From: the human T2T-CHM13v2.0 reference genome, Homo sapiens
DNA length: 64,000 nt
Direction: 5' to 3' (one strand)
Assembly: GCF_009914755.1 (NCBI RefSeq)
Contig: NC_060930.1
Shown here: one piece after another, positions 40,014-51,636 of the stretch
Numbering within the stretch: position 1 is the first letter of the stretch
Layout of the letters: every line of letters starts with the position of its first letter
Program-made: the position numbers and the translations under genes
Notes under the pieces: generated by a model
What the model was told of the DNA's origin: nothing
What the model saw: only the letters and a program-made list of their open reading frames with translations
The model's database searches: none

Positions 40014-41719
40014 ACACCAAAGCATCCCAAAATTTCAGGCCACTATTCATTAATCAATTAATCTGTTACTCAGAATGTTTGTTTTATATATTATTTGTCC
40101 AAAGCAGTTTACTTCAGGTTTAACATTTCTCAAGCAAAATAGCCAGATTATTGAGCTAAATTTTAGAATTAAATTTACTAGATATTTTGGAATCATGTAA
40201 AACCAGCCTATATAAAAAGCATCTTCATCAGTGAGTTGGCTGGAGTTATTGTTAAACAAAAGCCATAGCACTCTGTCATGGGGTTGAATTTAGTTTCCTA
40301 CCACATTTTTTTTCAAGTGAGTCACTAAAGCACCATTCTGAACCCACAATATGTTACCAACAAAAGCACTTCTTTATTTTTCTCTGGTTTCTCTTTGCAG
40401 CCAAGCAAATATCATATTCATCAGCAAGAAATCCCCAAATACCAAGCAGCATACCAGCATCTGCTTGGGCCACGGATTCAGGACAGATTTCAAATCCTGG
40501 GAGAGAGACTTAATATCCTCTTCTTCTTGGGCATGATCTAGAGCAAAAAATGATTTCACTGACCCATGTCAGTCTTAACACTTTGTTTCTCAGAAACAGA
40601 CAGGGATCTCCATCAGGTATTATTTGTTGAGGATGTCTGTATATAGAGCATGAAACAGGAAACTGGCCTTTGCTGTATGCAGAAATAAATTTCTGGCCTT
40701 GGAATAGCCTTGTCTAAAACTCTGAAAGTGAGCATTTCTGCTGAGGTTTATTCTGAGTGTTTACATGTTAAGATCAGATGAAACCATTTTCCTTTTCCAA
40801 GTCAAGACTACTCTTTTAGAGGGCCAGTAAACACTATTTATCTTTAGCAGTGCATATTGCAATGATAAAAATTTAGTCACTTACCCTTATCTGACAGTCC
40901 AAGTCTCCATGTGCATACACATTGATAGAGGAGTAGTTGCCAATTACTGAATCAGTTATCGATGCGCTTTGACGTCAAATGGCAGCAACATAGTTTCCTT
41001 TACGGTGAGCTTCTGAGCAGCAGCTTAGGACAAGGAGGAGACCAATAGGAATTCCAGGAGAGGGTGCGGCTGCACGCACATCCACAGTCAATGCTTAGAA
41101 AGCCTGATGCAGCCAGGAGTAACTTGCACAAGAGCAGATGTGGGCTTTTGTCATACTTAAAACAATAGCTTTGCTCCCTTCTAATAACAAAATAAGAAAT
41201 CCCCTGAGTCTTTAGATGGAAGAACATAAATTATAGTCATATTTTCCATATTTTAATAGTTCACTGTTTAAATCAGGGTAGAATTAAAACTCAACATCTG
41301 GAGACAACATCCAAGAATATCCTAGATTATTTTTTTCCTGGCAATATTATGCTTGCTGTGTCTTTAAAACTTTCCTCACAGCATAAAGAGATCTATGATT
41401 TTCTGGAGAATACAGTTTTCATTATTTTCCCTTTAGAAAGGAGAAATTTTTAGCCAATGTTGACAGTTAAGGGTCCTTGGAAGGCTTTTTGGTTCATCCT
41501 CTTCTTAAATGACTGGAAGATCTAGATTTTCAAGTTCCACAAAACTAAGAACGTCCGACTTGCTTTGCTTTCTTATATTTTAGGCTAGAGCTCTGTCATG
41601 TAAATGAGATGGGCTGAGGTTCAAACCCAGGTTCTGTCTATCTAGCACAATCGTGTGAGGGCCTAAGTCTGTATGGGTGTGTTTATTGCTGCTCTTGATA
41701 CATGAAGACAGAGAGATAT

Positions 41720-42200
41720 AAGTTGCAGATATGATCATATTACTCCTTTTCTTAAAATGTGTCTTTGGTTCCCCTTTGCCTACAGAAAAACATCACAATT
41801 TCTTGGCCCAGTTTTCAAGCCCTTCTAATCTATGCAGCTTCACCCTCATCACATCTTCTGCTTAAAATTTTACTTAATAATTCTTAAACACTATGTGATT
41901 TCCCTTTCTTTCTGTGTCTTTCCCTCCATTTTCCACCCAATGCAACTTCATTAATCCTTTCAGGGTCACTTCAAATTTCTCTCTCCTTGGGAGCCTTCCT
42001 TACTTTATCAAGTAGAATTGACTGATGCTTTCTTTGGCCCACACCCTTAGTTAATATCACTATTCTTACCCTTAAAGAATTACTCTGTATTTATTGGGCC
42101 ATGGTCTATTTAATCTAACTGATTGCTACTTGCTTGAGGGAAAAGATTGTCTTAGTCATTTTCAATGTCTTTGGCATGCACAGTGCCTAGAAAATGGTAG
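41720..42200 (+). mobile_element. L2 fragment
   Basis: 'tgatcatattactccttttcttaaaat...gttcccctttgcctacagaaaaa...ttgcttgagggaaaagattgtctt...cacagtgcctag'. Confidence 0.6.
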
Positions 42201-43163
42201 ATTTTTTTTTTAAATCAGTGGTACATAGATTGATGCTGGTCAGGTTTTCTGACATTTAAGCTGTTAAATTTGCTTCATTGGCACATGGTATGATCAATGT
42301 TTCTCAATGCTGATTGCTCACTGCAATCACATAGATTTGGATTTAGTTAGTCTTCAGTGGAGCCCAGGGGGTCTGTAGTAATAATAGCAAGTACTTATAT
42401 AGCTCTTACTATATAAGGCATTATTTCTGACACTATTTTAAGCACTTTATTTACATTAATTTATAAGCATTTTTTTGAAATCTATGGTTGAGAATCACTA
42501 CAGTCTGATTCAATGACAAGAAACTATAATCACTGAGATTGAAGTAGAATTCTGATACACAGTGATAGAACTAAACCAGTTTCTTTTAGCAAAGCCAAAT
42601 AAAAATATATTTACTTGTTTTTGTTTTTAATTAAAGGAGTAAAGTAGCAGTCTCAATGTGTACAGTGTGATGAGTTGTGATTAAACTAAAAATAATTTTT
42701 AGTGACTGAAGGAAGAATTGAGATTGACCAAGGAGATGTTAAATGTTTCCAGCTTAATGTCCAGTTCTCATGAGACAGCATTTTACTAACCAATTTGCCA
42801 TAAACATTTGTCTTTGCTCACTGGACGTTTTCACTTTTGAAACAGGGGGCTAATTTAATATGACATCTTTGCAATTACTTGAAGCATAACATCTGGAGAA
42901 AAAGAAACAAACGATTTAAGTGAAGCAACATTAAAAGAGGTTTACTAAAAAATGGTCCTAAGTTAAAATAGTAAGTTTAGAACATTTAAGTGGGGATTTT
43001 ATGTATTATATTTAATTATGAAAAGAGTATTTTCAAACTAAGTACATTAATAAAATAGTTTACATTTGTGTGAAAATGTATTTTTCCAGTTTTCTTAAGG
43101 AACGTTACTCATATGATTTAAGCCACCTTCAGTACTGTTCATAACCTGCTCTCTAGTCTTTTT

Positions 43164-43530
43164 TGTCATGGGTAGTAACTATCTGGGGCAAGTGGTGCAG
43201 ACAGTAAAGGAATTTACCAAGACCGTTGTAGGTAAAGAAAAGCAGATTTATTAGAGAAAGTATGAAAATACGTGGCAAGATTGCAACAGGCAGGACAGCA
43301 GAGAAGAGGCTGCCTGCAAAGAGGCAGGGGCTGGAGGGAAGTTTTATTAAGGTCCTGCTGGAGGAGGGCTACATGCAAGGTTGTTGTGCCCTCAGAATGA
43401 GGTCCTTGTGCCCTCAGGTTATTTGTGGTTAGCCATCTCTCAAAACAATTGTTCATTGTTCTTCCCCACCTGGGGACCTCCGCCACCTGGGTCTCCTTCC
43501 TTGTTATTGCTTATTTATCAAGACTCCACA
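43164..43530 (-). mobile_element. ERV1-class solo LTR (family not assigned)
   Basis: TG...CA termini, AATAAA on the minus strand ('gatttattag'), and LTR-type text 'aatttaccaagaccgttgtaggtaaagaaaagcagatttattagagaaag'. Confidence 0.65.
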
Positions 43531-43886
43531 TTCTTGCTGCTTTTTCTTTCTTCCCATCCATCTTTCCCACGTGCCCAGTCATCTGTCCTCATCTGTGTTT
43601 GGAGGGTTAACTTCAGTGAAGTAAGACAGACTTGTCAGTGGGTCTGGAATAAACCCCACCATTATATAATACATAGACTTTTGTGTATGATTGAATTTTC
43701 ATGATATTCAGAAACTATTATAACATTATTTTTATGAGTTCAGAAGATAAGTTTATAACTTAGATTTAAAAATCCAATGGGTCTAGTCATTGTCTTGTGC
43801 TTTTAATATTGAGTATTAGCTGTTACTGAATGATTATGTATAAATGAGAAGGAGTAGATCAGCATTCAAAATTATTCTCTATAAAC

Positions 43887-44128
43887 CAGTGAGTTGAAAT
43901 CAACCAGGGTTGATTTCAACTCACTCCTCACAACTCACTACTCACTCCTCAGGGACGTCTGACAATATATAGAGACATTTGGTGTTTTCACAAATGTGGG
44001 GCAGTGCTAGTGGCATTTAAGTGAGAGACTAAGTGTGGTGATAAAAGTCCTGCAATGCACAGGATAATCCCCCACAACAGACTTATCTGGTCGAAAATGT
44101 CAATAGTGCTGAGACTGAGAAACTGGGT
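43887..44128 (+). mobile_element. MER20 hAT-Charlie element with a rearranged 5' end
   Basis: 'agggacgtctgacaat...gagacattt...gtgctagtggcatt...tcctgcaatgcacagga...aaatgtcaatagtgctgagactgagaaac'. Confidence 0.8.
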
Positions 44129-44172
44129 ATAGTACATGGCTAATGTTTGGTCTATTGAAAGTAACTGAAATA

Positions 44173-44887
44173 CAGTCATGCACCACATAATGACGTTTTG
44201 GTAAACAATGGACCACATAAATAACAGTGGTCCCATAAGATTATAATGGAGCTGAAAAAATTCCTCTCCCCTAGTGATGATGCCATTATGAAGTCATAAC
44301 ACAATGCATTACTTTTTCTATGTTTAGATACACAAATACTTACCATTGTTACAGTTGCCTGCAGTATTCACTAGAGTAACATGCTGTACAGGTGTGTAGC
44401 CTAGAAACAATAGGCTCTATCATGTAGCCTGGGTGTGTAGTAGGGTAGGGGTCCCCAACCTCCACACCCCCATTCTGCCAAGACCGGTAGTGGTCTGTGT
44501 CCTGTTAGGAGCCAGGCCACAAAGCAGGAAACAGGAGGTCAGTGGGCCAGTGAGCAAGCATTACTGCCTGAGCTCTGCCTCCTGTCAGATCAGCAGAAGC
44601 ATTAGATTCTCATAGGAGCGCAAACCCTATTGTGAACAGAGCATGTGAGGTATATAGGTTGCTGCTCCTTATGAGAATCAGGGAGGTGGAACAGTTTCAT
44701 CCCCAAACTATCCCTGTTCCTCCCCTTCCAGGTTTGTGGAAAAATTATCTTCCATGAAACCAGTCCCTGGTGCCCAAAATTTTGGGGACCACAGACAGGT
44801 TTGTGTAAGTACACTCCATGATCCCACAACAAAGAATTCTCCTAAATTTCTCAGAATGTATCCTTGTGATTAAGCAACTCATAACTA
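44173..44887 (+). mobile_element. Tigger3/MER7-type TcMar element, interrupted by MER1B
   Basis: TA-flanked, with terminal CAGTCATGCACCACATAATGACG and ...TTAAGCAACTCATAACTA; internal 'ggtcccataagattataat'. Confidence 0.85.
44446..44794 (+). mobile_element. MER1B hAT-Charlie element nested in Tigger3
   Basis: 'aggggtccccaacc...gagctctgcctcctgtcagatcagc...gaaaccagtccctggtgcc...ttggggacc'. Confidence 0.85.
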
Positions 44888-46149
44888 TATATACAAGCTA
44901 AGTTCATTGAAAGTATTAGCCACAGAGATATATTAGCTTCCATGAATAGGCTAAAGTTAATCAAAGTTGAAATTACGTAGACAATTAAGATGTAGAATAA
45001 TCTTTCAGAGATTACTGAGTCTTCTTATTACATAAAAATTTACTGTGTTGACTTTTGCTTAAATAAGTGAGTCCAATTCTCCATAAAATATAGTTTAATA
45101 ATGCAGAAGCTTTTGTAGTGGTTGTATAAACGTGGTTGTTTTGGATTGGATTCACATGTGGTTAAGCTACATGTTTCTATGGTTTCACTGGATTTCAGGT
45201 TTTACCTTACGAAGTAATATTGGTAAATGGAGGGATAGATATAAGGTGATTAGCCTGCTAATCAGATGTAATGTTGGAACTTTTTTCTCTGCTTTTAAAG
45301 TTTTGTACAGATTGGACTCCTATACTTTAAATCAAACTACTTATAATCCAAATGATTTACAGAAAAACTCTGCAAGGTGAGGTCAGTATGTGCTTCAGGG
45401 CCAGGGCAAAAGACTTTACTCTGCCATTTATTTCCACTGTTTTGTTTGGCCTTGTCCAAAGAACCAGATGGATAAGCAGGACACATATGGTGTCTGAACT
45501 GGCTGGAGCTCCCAGCAGGCCTGAGCTGTAGACGCTGTGGCCTGCTGCTCTGCTTTTATGTTTGAGTTCAAAATTCTCATACTCTTTTGTGCAGGGGTAG
45601 AGGCCCGGCCCATTGAAGCTCAGCAGGAAACAGCCACTCTGAAATCCAGAATGCTCATCTAGAAGGAAAAGACCTTCAGCAACAAAAGCCCTCTCGTCTA
45701 TAATCTGCTTCTTTTCCTTTGTGCCAATGATTTCCTCTCTCAGGATCAAAGAGCTCTGTAGGGACACAACTCCTGACTCAACCCTTCGAGCAGTTTCTGT
45801 TTTGAATCCAGGTTTGGGTCTCTGGGTTGAATTTCCTTCTGGCTAGCCTTGTGACCACTCCTGGAGACAGATAGAGAAACCGCTACAAGGATTTGTAAAG
45901 ACCAGAAAACAAAGGCCATCTTTCATGTTGACAATAGTAGTTCTGAGCCAGATGGGAGGTTGGGCCTAGGACCATTGTCTTGTGATTAGTGTTGAAAAAA
46001 TCCTGGTCCTGTCTAGGGCTGAGCCACCTCAGTGAGATGGTGTGGGTCAGGTCACTAATATAATTTGTTCCCTTTTGCTTGTATTGTTTTTGAGGGTCAT
46101 GATAACTTTTGCATCTTACACAGTGGTCCTGCATTTAGGAGGCTGTAGT

Positions 46150-46555
46150 GGTTTTATAAGCTTATAATTGGCTATAAGCCAGACTTCGGAATCAGAAAGA
46201 TTAGTGTTGACTCATGGTATCTATCATATGTTAGCAGAGGAAGCTTGAAAATTATATAATCCCACTGAGCCTCAATTTTCCCATCTGACAAATGGATATA
46301 ATAGTCCCTATATAACTAGGTCAAATGAGATGTTATATTTTGTTGTGGTAAGACTATACACTACAGAGTCAGACTGCTTGGGATTGAATGCTGGCTGACC
46401 TTGGACATATGCTTCAGTCTTCTGTGCTCTGTGGACATAATAATAGGATAAAGTAAGATGGCTCCTATTAAGATTAAGAGACTACATATGTAGAACACTT
46501 AGAACAATGTCAGGCATCTTGTAGTGCTTAAGAAAGGCTAGCAAATTATTATTGT
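46150..46555 (+). mobile_element. Two adjacent MIR fragments
   Basis: 'ctgagcctcaattttcccatctgacaaatgg' and 'agagtcagactgcttggg...gtagaacacttagaacaatgtcaggca'. Confidence 0.65.
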
Positions 46556-46779
46556 GTAGGTGAAAATACTTTTTTCAGTAGCAGAGAAACCCTTTTGTGA
46601 GTATGTATTTATTACATACATGCATAACATTTATAGGTGTATTACATAGAAACTCTTTTTAATGCCCTAAACGATTGTATTATCTGGATAATTTCTCAGT
46701 CTTCTACTATAATGGAAAGTTATTTCAGATATATATGGCCACTTGGAAAGCCAGATCGGAGTGTCTGGTATTGTTCTTT

Positions 46780-49649
46780 TTTTCATTGTTATTAAAAACA
46801 CTTACTTCGCATTTTATACAGGGCAACCTGAAGTCTGCATCATGACCTGACAGTTACCAGGGGCTTATACTGTGTTCATCTCAACAGCGTAGTTCTGGGG
46901 ATGGTAGATCTACAGAAACACAGGCAGGAATTTGGAGGGAAGAAAGGGGCACAGAAGGAATGTATCTTAATCCTTTCTTAAAGAAAAGGCAGCAGAGCAT
47001 TCTGAGTTTCTGAAAACCTGTGCAAATGGGGCTTCTAAGACAAACACTGTACTGTGAGTGCTTGAGGTAGGACAGGAAAACGATATTGATAAATAAGGGA
47101 GCATTTTCTTGAGGCAGAGGATGAAGAGGAAGACTTACTATTTTTAATCCTCTCAACTCCAGGACCCAATAATCAGAGGAGACCATGTCCAATCTTGAAT
47201 CGTTTTCTTGTTCCAAAAGAGGTGCTAATACTCCTGGGATCAGACCCTGAAGCTATCATGCTATCATTCCTGAGTCCCTGTTTATGCCCCACAGTACCTT
47301 AGAAGGGCAGGGGAAGGTCAGAGGGTAGTGGCTTGTGTTCTGTGGAAGTAAAATATTTAGTTCACATTAAGCACTGATAAAAACCCAATGACTGGGACCA
47401 CATATCAGACAGAACTGTTGAAAGAGGTCTCTGGTGAGGACCAAGATGGGGAGGTCCCAAACATCCTTACCTTGAGGTGCAACAGGTGTAGAAATTCTGA
47501 ATGGGGGTGAGTATTAAAATAATGGGAAACAGAACACTCTGAGACCTTAATTTTAATAGGATGGTTTTGAAAAGAGAAATCACATCAAACACTGGGTGCC
47601 AGTTACAACAAACATTCCTTTATGCTCACCTGGTAGCATAAAAAGTTGCCAAAGCATGTCCAGCTAATCAATAGGTCTTGCTAGGAGGTGTTAGTGTGCA
47701 GAGGAGAGGGCTGAGGGACTTGGTACAGCTGATTATCTAACATCATTCCTATGGAAACAGAAAGGGAAGAGTCCTGGCTTGCTGGCTTATTGTGCACTTG
47801 GCAGAGTAGAAGCAAAATCTCAGAAGTGACTGCACATTCTCTGCAACCAGCTTTGACCCAGGGAAAGAGGAGCCAGATTCTCACTCTGAGATGGTGTGGG
47901 GGCCAAACTTAACCCATTACACATGCATTAGTTGTGGTCATTCTGCAGTTGATGGGCAACTCATACCAGGCAAGTGAAGGGAGTTGGTTAGGTTTTTCAT
48001 CTTTTAAGCTTTTAATTTACATTTTAACCTCAAATCTATTATCAGTGCCTCAGATACAATTTAATCTTAAGTCTTTAAAGACCCCTTAAAACCAAAGTAG
48101 ACTTTTTTTTTAAAGTGTCTTCACTTTCTGGTCGTCACTTTTCCCCCAGTCTCCAGTTTTATCCCAACTTAGAGTCCACAAACTTATCAGACCATCTATG
48201 TCTTGGACTTGGGCCTTTCTAGAGGGAATCCTAGTGCATGACTTCAGATGAGCTGTGCCAGTACACCCAATGCCTGAGACACTCTGAACAGAACAGTGTA
48301 GTAATTCATTTCCATCATGCCATAGTACTGGAGCAGTACCCCAGGGTGTGTCTACATTGGGCCAAGGATTCTTGGCCTTGCCATTCTCTAAGAGGATATT
48401 AAGCACAATCTTGTGTAGTTGAGCAACCAAGTTAACATGGGGTCATTATGTGGTGTTTCAGAGCAAACTCTCACAGCAGGTACCTCGTGGATCAATCTTC
48501 TTTAGCACTACATGGCCATAGTCTGGAATAACTTCATCTTGGGTTGAGTGTGTTCCAGGTGTAGTCTCATAATTTCTCATCTGCCACATCTTTGCCAACT
48601 GCCTTCTGTAGTTAAATTAGCCAGACAAGCACTTCCTGATTTGCTAGTACATGTAGAGGGCCTGTCAATCCATTCATGGCTGTTGCAAAGGACAGATAAG
48701 GGCTTGAAGGGGCACTGCCCAACAAGTTGCTGATATAGGCACTTACATTGCTGCCCTCATGGTCACTGTGGATGGTTTGATACAGATGCATGAGCTCAGT
48801 GAACTAAGCATCAGTATAGCCTAACATGTTGGTGAAATTGTGGGGCCAGTGCAGCTTGGAGTCAATGTCCCCAACATTTTTGCCCTTTTAGTAGAGATTT
48901 TGGTAGATCTTTGCTGCAACACAGGTAGCTTTGTGATCAGATCCACACAGTCTTCATAAATCAGCTCCCAGTACTTGATACCCTCTGCATATGCTCAGGC
49001 AGTATTACTTTCACTGTTGAGGGCTGTAAAGGCTGCACTGAGCTGAGACATGGGATGTATATTGGTGGGAAAGTTGTCCAGCATCATGACCACGTGGGAG
49101 GGTAGAGCTGTCCTCTTTGCCCACTTTTTTGAAAGCCAAGATGCCTGTTTCCTCTGTTGGGATCTGTTCAGCCACCAGCAGCTGAAATAAACCCTCCAGC
49201 AGGGTTTCTTTCTTACCCTTAGGCTTGGGTGGCAGCTTTTGGCACTCAGGGACACTAAAGCCTCAGAAATGGATGCTTTCATTAGGATCAAGAACTGATG
49301 TTTCATATACCAATCCCTTCTTGCCTCTCAGGCCACCATACATCATGCCCACAGTGTTTTGGCCCACCACCCTCTTGCCACATTGCTGTCTGGAGATCTT
49401 AATTCTGGCCTGCTCCTTGGGTATGAGGTAAGCTGATATGTCTTCCAAATTCCTGGAGGAGGTACTGGCATGCCAGGCAGCAAGAACAAGACAAGATACG
49501 TCCTTTGTTCCCAAGAACTGGGTGACAGTAGTGAGTAAAGCCATGGTGGGCCAACTCTGGGCTCTGATGGGCAGAGAAGGAAGGAGAGAGCTGTGGCAGG
49601 AACAGGAGCCTATGTTGCTGCACCAGAGGCCATGCCAATGGGTAGACAA
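46780..49649 (-). pseudogene. CS: Processed pseudogene of mitochondrial citrate synthase (CS): 5' UTR, CDS remnant 49544-48159, full ~1.4-kb 3' UTR and poly(A) remnant
   Basis: Translates [36 protein letters not shown]...[10 protein letters not shown]...[57 protein letters not shown] and [11 protein letters not shown], all CS motifs. It has no introns, a nonsense codon at 49263-49265 and several frameshifts. A-run at 46777-46783. TSD core TTGTTCTTT at 46771-46779 and 49655-49663 (12/14 when extended). Confidence 0.96.
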
Positions 49650-49670
49650 TGTTCTTGTTCTTTAAAATGA

Positions 49671-49966
49671 GGCTCATGCCTGTAATCCCAGCACTTTGGG
49701 AGGCCAAGGCGGGGGTGGATCACCTGAGGTCAGGAGTTCGAGACCAGTCTGGCCAACACAGTGAAACCCTATCTCTACTACACATACACAAAATTAGCCA
49801 GGCGTGGTGGCAGCCATCTGTAATCCCAGCTACTCAGGAGGCTGAGGCAGGAGAATCACTTGAACCCAGGAGGCAGAGGTTGCAGTGAGCCTCTCGTGCC
49901 ACTGCATTCCAGCCTAGGTGACAGAGTGAGACTCCATCTCAATAAATAAATAAATAAATAAATAAA
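49671..49966 (+). mobile_element. Alu (AluS-type), missing its first ~13 nt, with an (AAAT)n tail
   Basis: GGCTCATGCCTGTAATCCCAGC...GAGACTCCATCTC followed by the tail at 49941-49966. Confidence 0.95.
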
Positions 49967-51602
49967 TGTGACTAAAGTTTGAGAAAAGTACAAATACACA
50001 CAGGCACCTTATGATAGAAGTAGATGGAAATTAAGTTTGATGAATGCAGCAATTGAAGAAAGGCCATCACAACTCAGGACTATTAGAAACCCTTGGCTGT
50101 AGGTGTGCCTGGAAATTGAAGGTTTGCCACACGACTGCAAATCATCTGCTATACAATTGGCAACTTACACTGACATTTTCTTCTCTGATGCCATTGTGTT
50201 TGTCTATCCCAGGAGGAACCCCCGTGTATCGTCCCTCCCAACTCTTTTTCTCCCCTTGACCCAGCCGTTCATTTCTAATTCTTTTCTGGATTACTCTGGC
50301 AGAGACACTAAGCACATTTACATAATGCATATTTTAAAAAGCACCAAAAGGAAGATCTATTTACTCTTACAATAGACCCAATTCTACCATTTGGTTGTTC
50401 AGTCCACAGCAGGACATTTTCTGGTTAATATTCTGACAGATTAAACAAAAGGAACAGATTGCTGGCTTGTATTTTTACATGTATCTTACGAAATCTATTT
50501 GTTTGAAAAAATGAAAAAACAGAAATGCAAAAATGATTATGAAAACCAAAACACTTCATATCTGTATGCTACCAAAGTTTCATTTCAGATAAAAAGGCTA
50601 CATGTTGTTGAATTGATTAAAAATGATTCACTGAGAAAATATACATATGATGGCTTAATATTCCTTCCTAAGTTTAATTGGGTTTAGGTTATAAACAAAT
50701 GCTAAAATGAACTGCAAATATTTTAAAGATAATTTGTATAAAAATATATTTAAGGAGTGTAAAACTCAAAAAGATTTCATTTAAAGTTTAGCTGACGGAT
50801 GTTGCTTTATGTTTCAGTAAGCTAAAGTAAAAAGTGGTTGATATCACAGATATTTTATAGTTCATTTATCAAAATAAATTCATAAAAAGTTTTACCTTGT
50901 TCTCATAGAACTGAAATGCTTTAGTTTTTTGTAGGAGTATGTAAATTCTTTCAAATCTAATTGTAGCATCAAAATTAAAGTATGATGAAGACCTGCAGAA
51001 CTTCAAGACTTCTTTCAAAACAAAAAGCATATTTAAAATTGTTCTGAGTTTTTCAGTTCGTTTGGCCTGGGCAGCTTCCTGCATGTCTTGTCATAACTCC
51101 CATGTTAAATTTAGTCATATATTCAGAAAATGGAGAAAAGTACTCACCACTGGCAGGTGAAAACAGGAAATAAAAATATTGACTTGGGATGTTCCGACGG
51201 CCATTAATGAAAGGATTGTAGTTCCTAAGGCCACCATGATTAGGAAAGTGGGCATAATTACCTCATTGGGCACCCACTTTATTCCAATTCATGGTGCCTA
51301 TAATTTCTGGTTATGTGAGTAACATGGCAAAATAGATTGTATTGTAGTGAATTTTTTTAAGTGTCTCTTAAAGATCTTCTGTTTTTAGAATCACAAAGAA
51401 TCTTCACTCTTCCATTTCCTCTCTTTTGGAAACACCTGGGATTTTTTGGAAATGCCTAGTCTTTCATTCTGATGCTTTAGTTCTAAACAAAATGAGCACA
51501 CACCTAATCACCGATGGTACTGTTTATCTGGAAGACCATGCTGTTTCGGATCTCATAGGACCCTGAACTAGAATTGCTATAAAAATGGATATATTTATAT
51601 AT

Positions 51603-51636
51603 TTGTTGTTGTTGTTGTTGTTGTTTTGTTGTTGTT
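51603..51636. repeat. (GTT)n microsatellite
   Basis: Seen directly, with one interruption. Confidence 0.85.

Noticed and set aside
45357-45767. 136-aa minus-strand ORF
   Set aside because: It has a non-ATG start, no homology and no coding-like composition.
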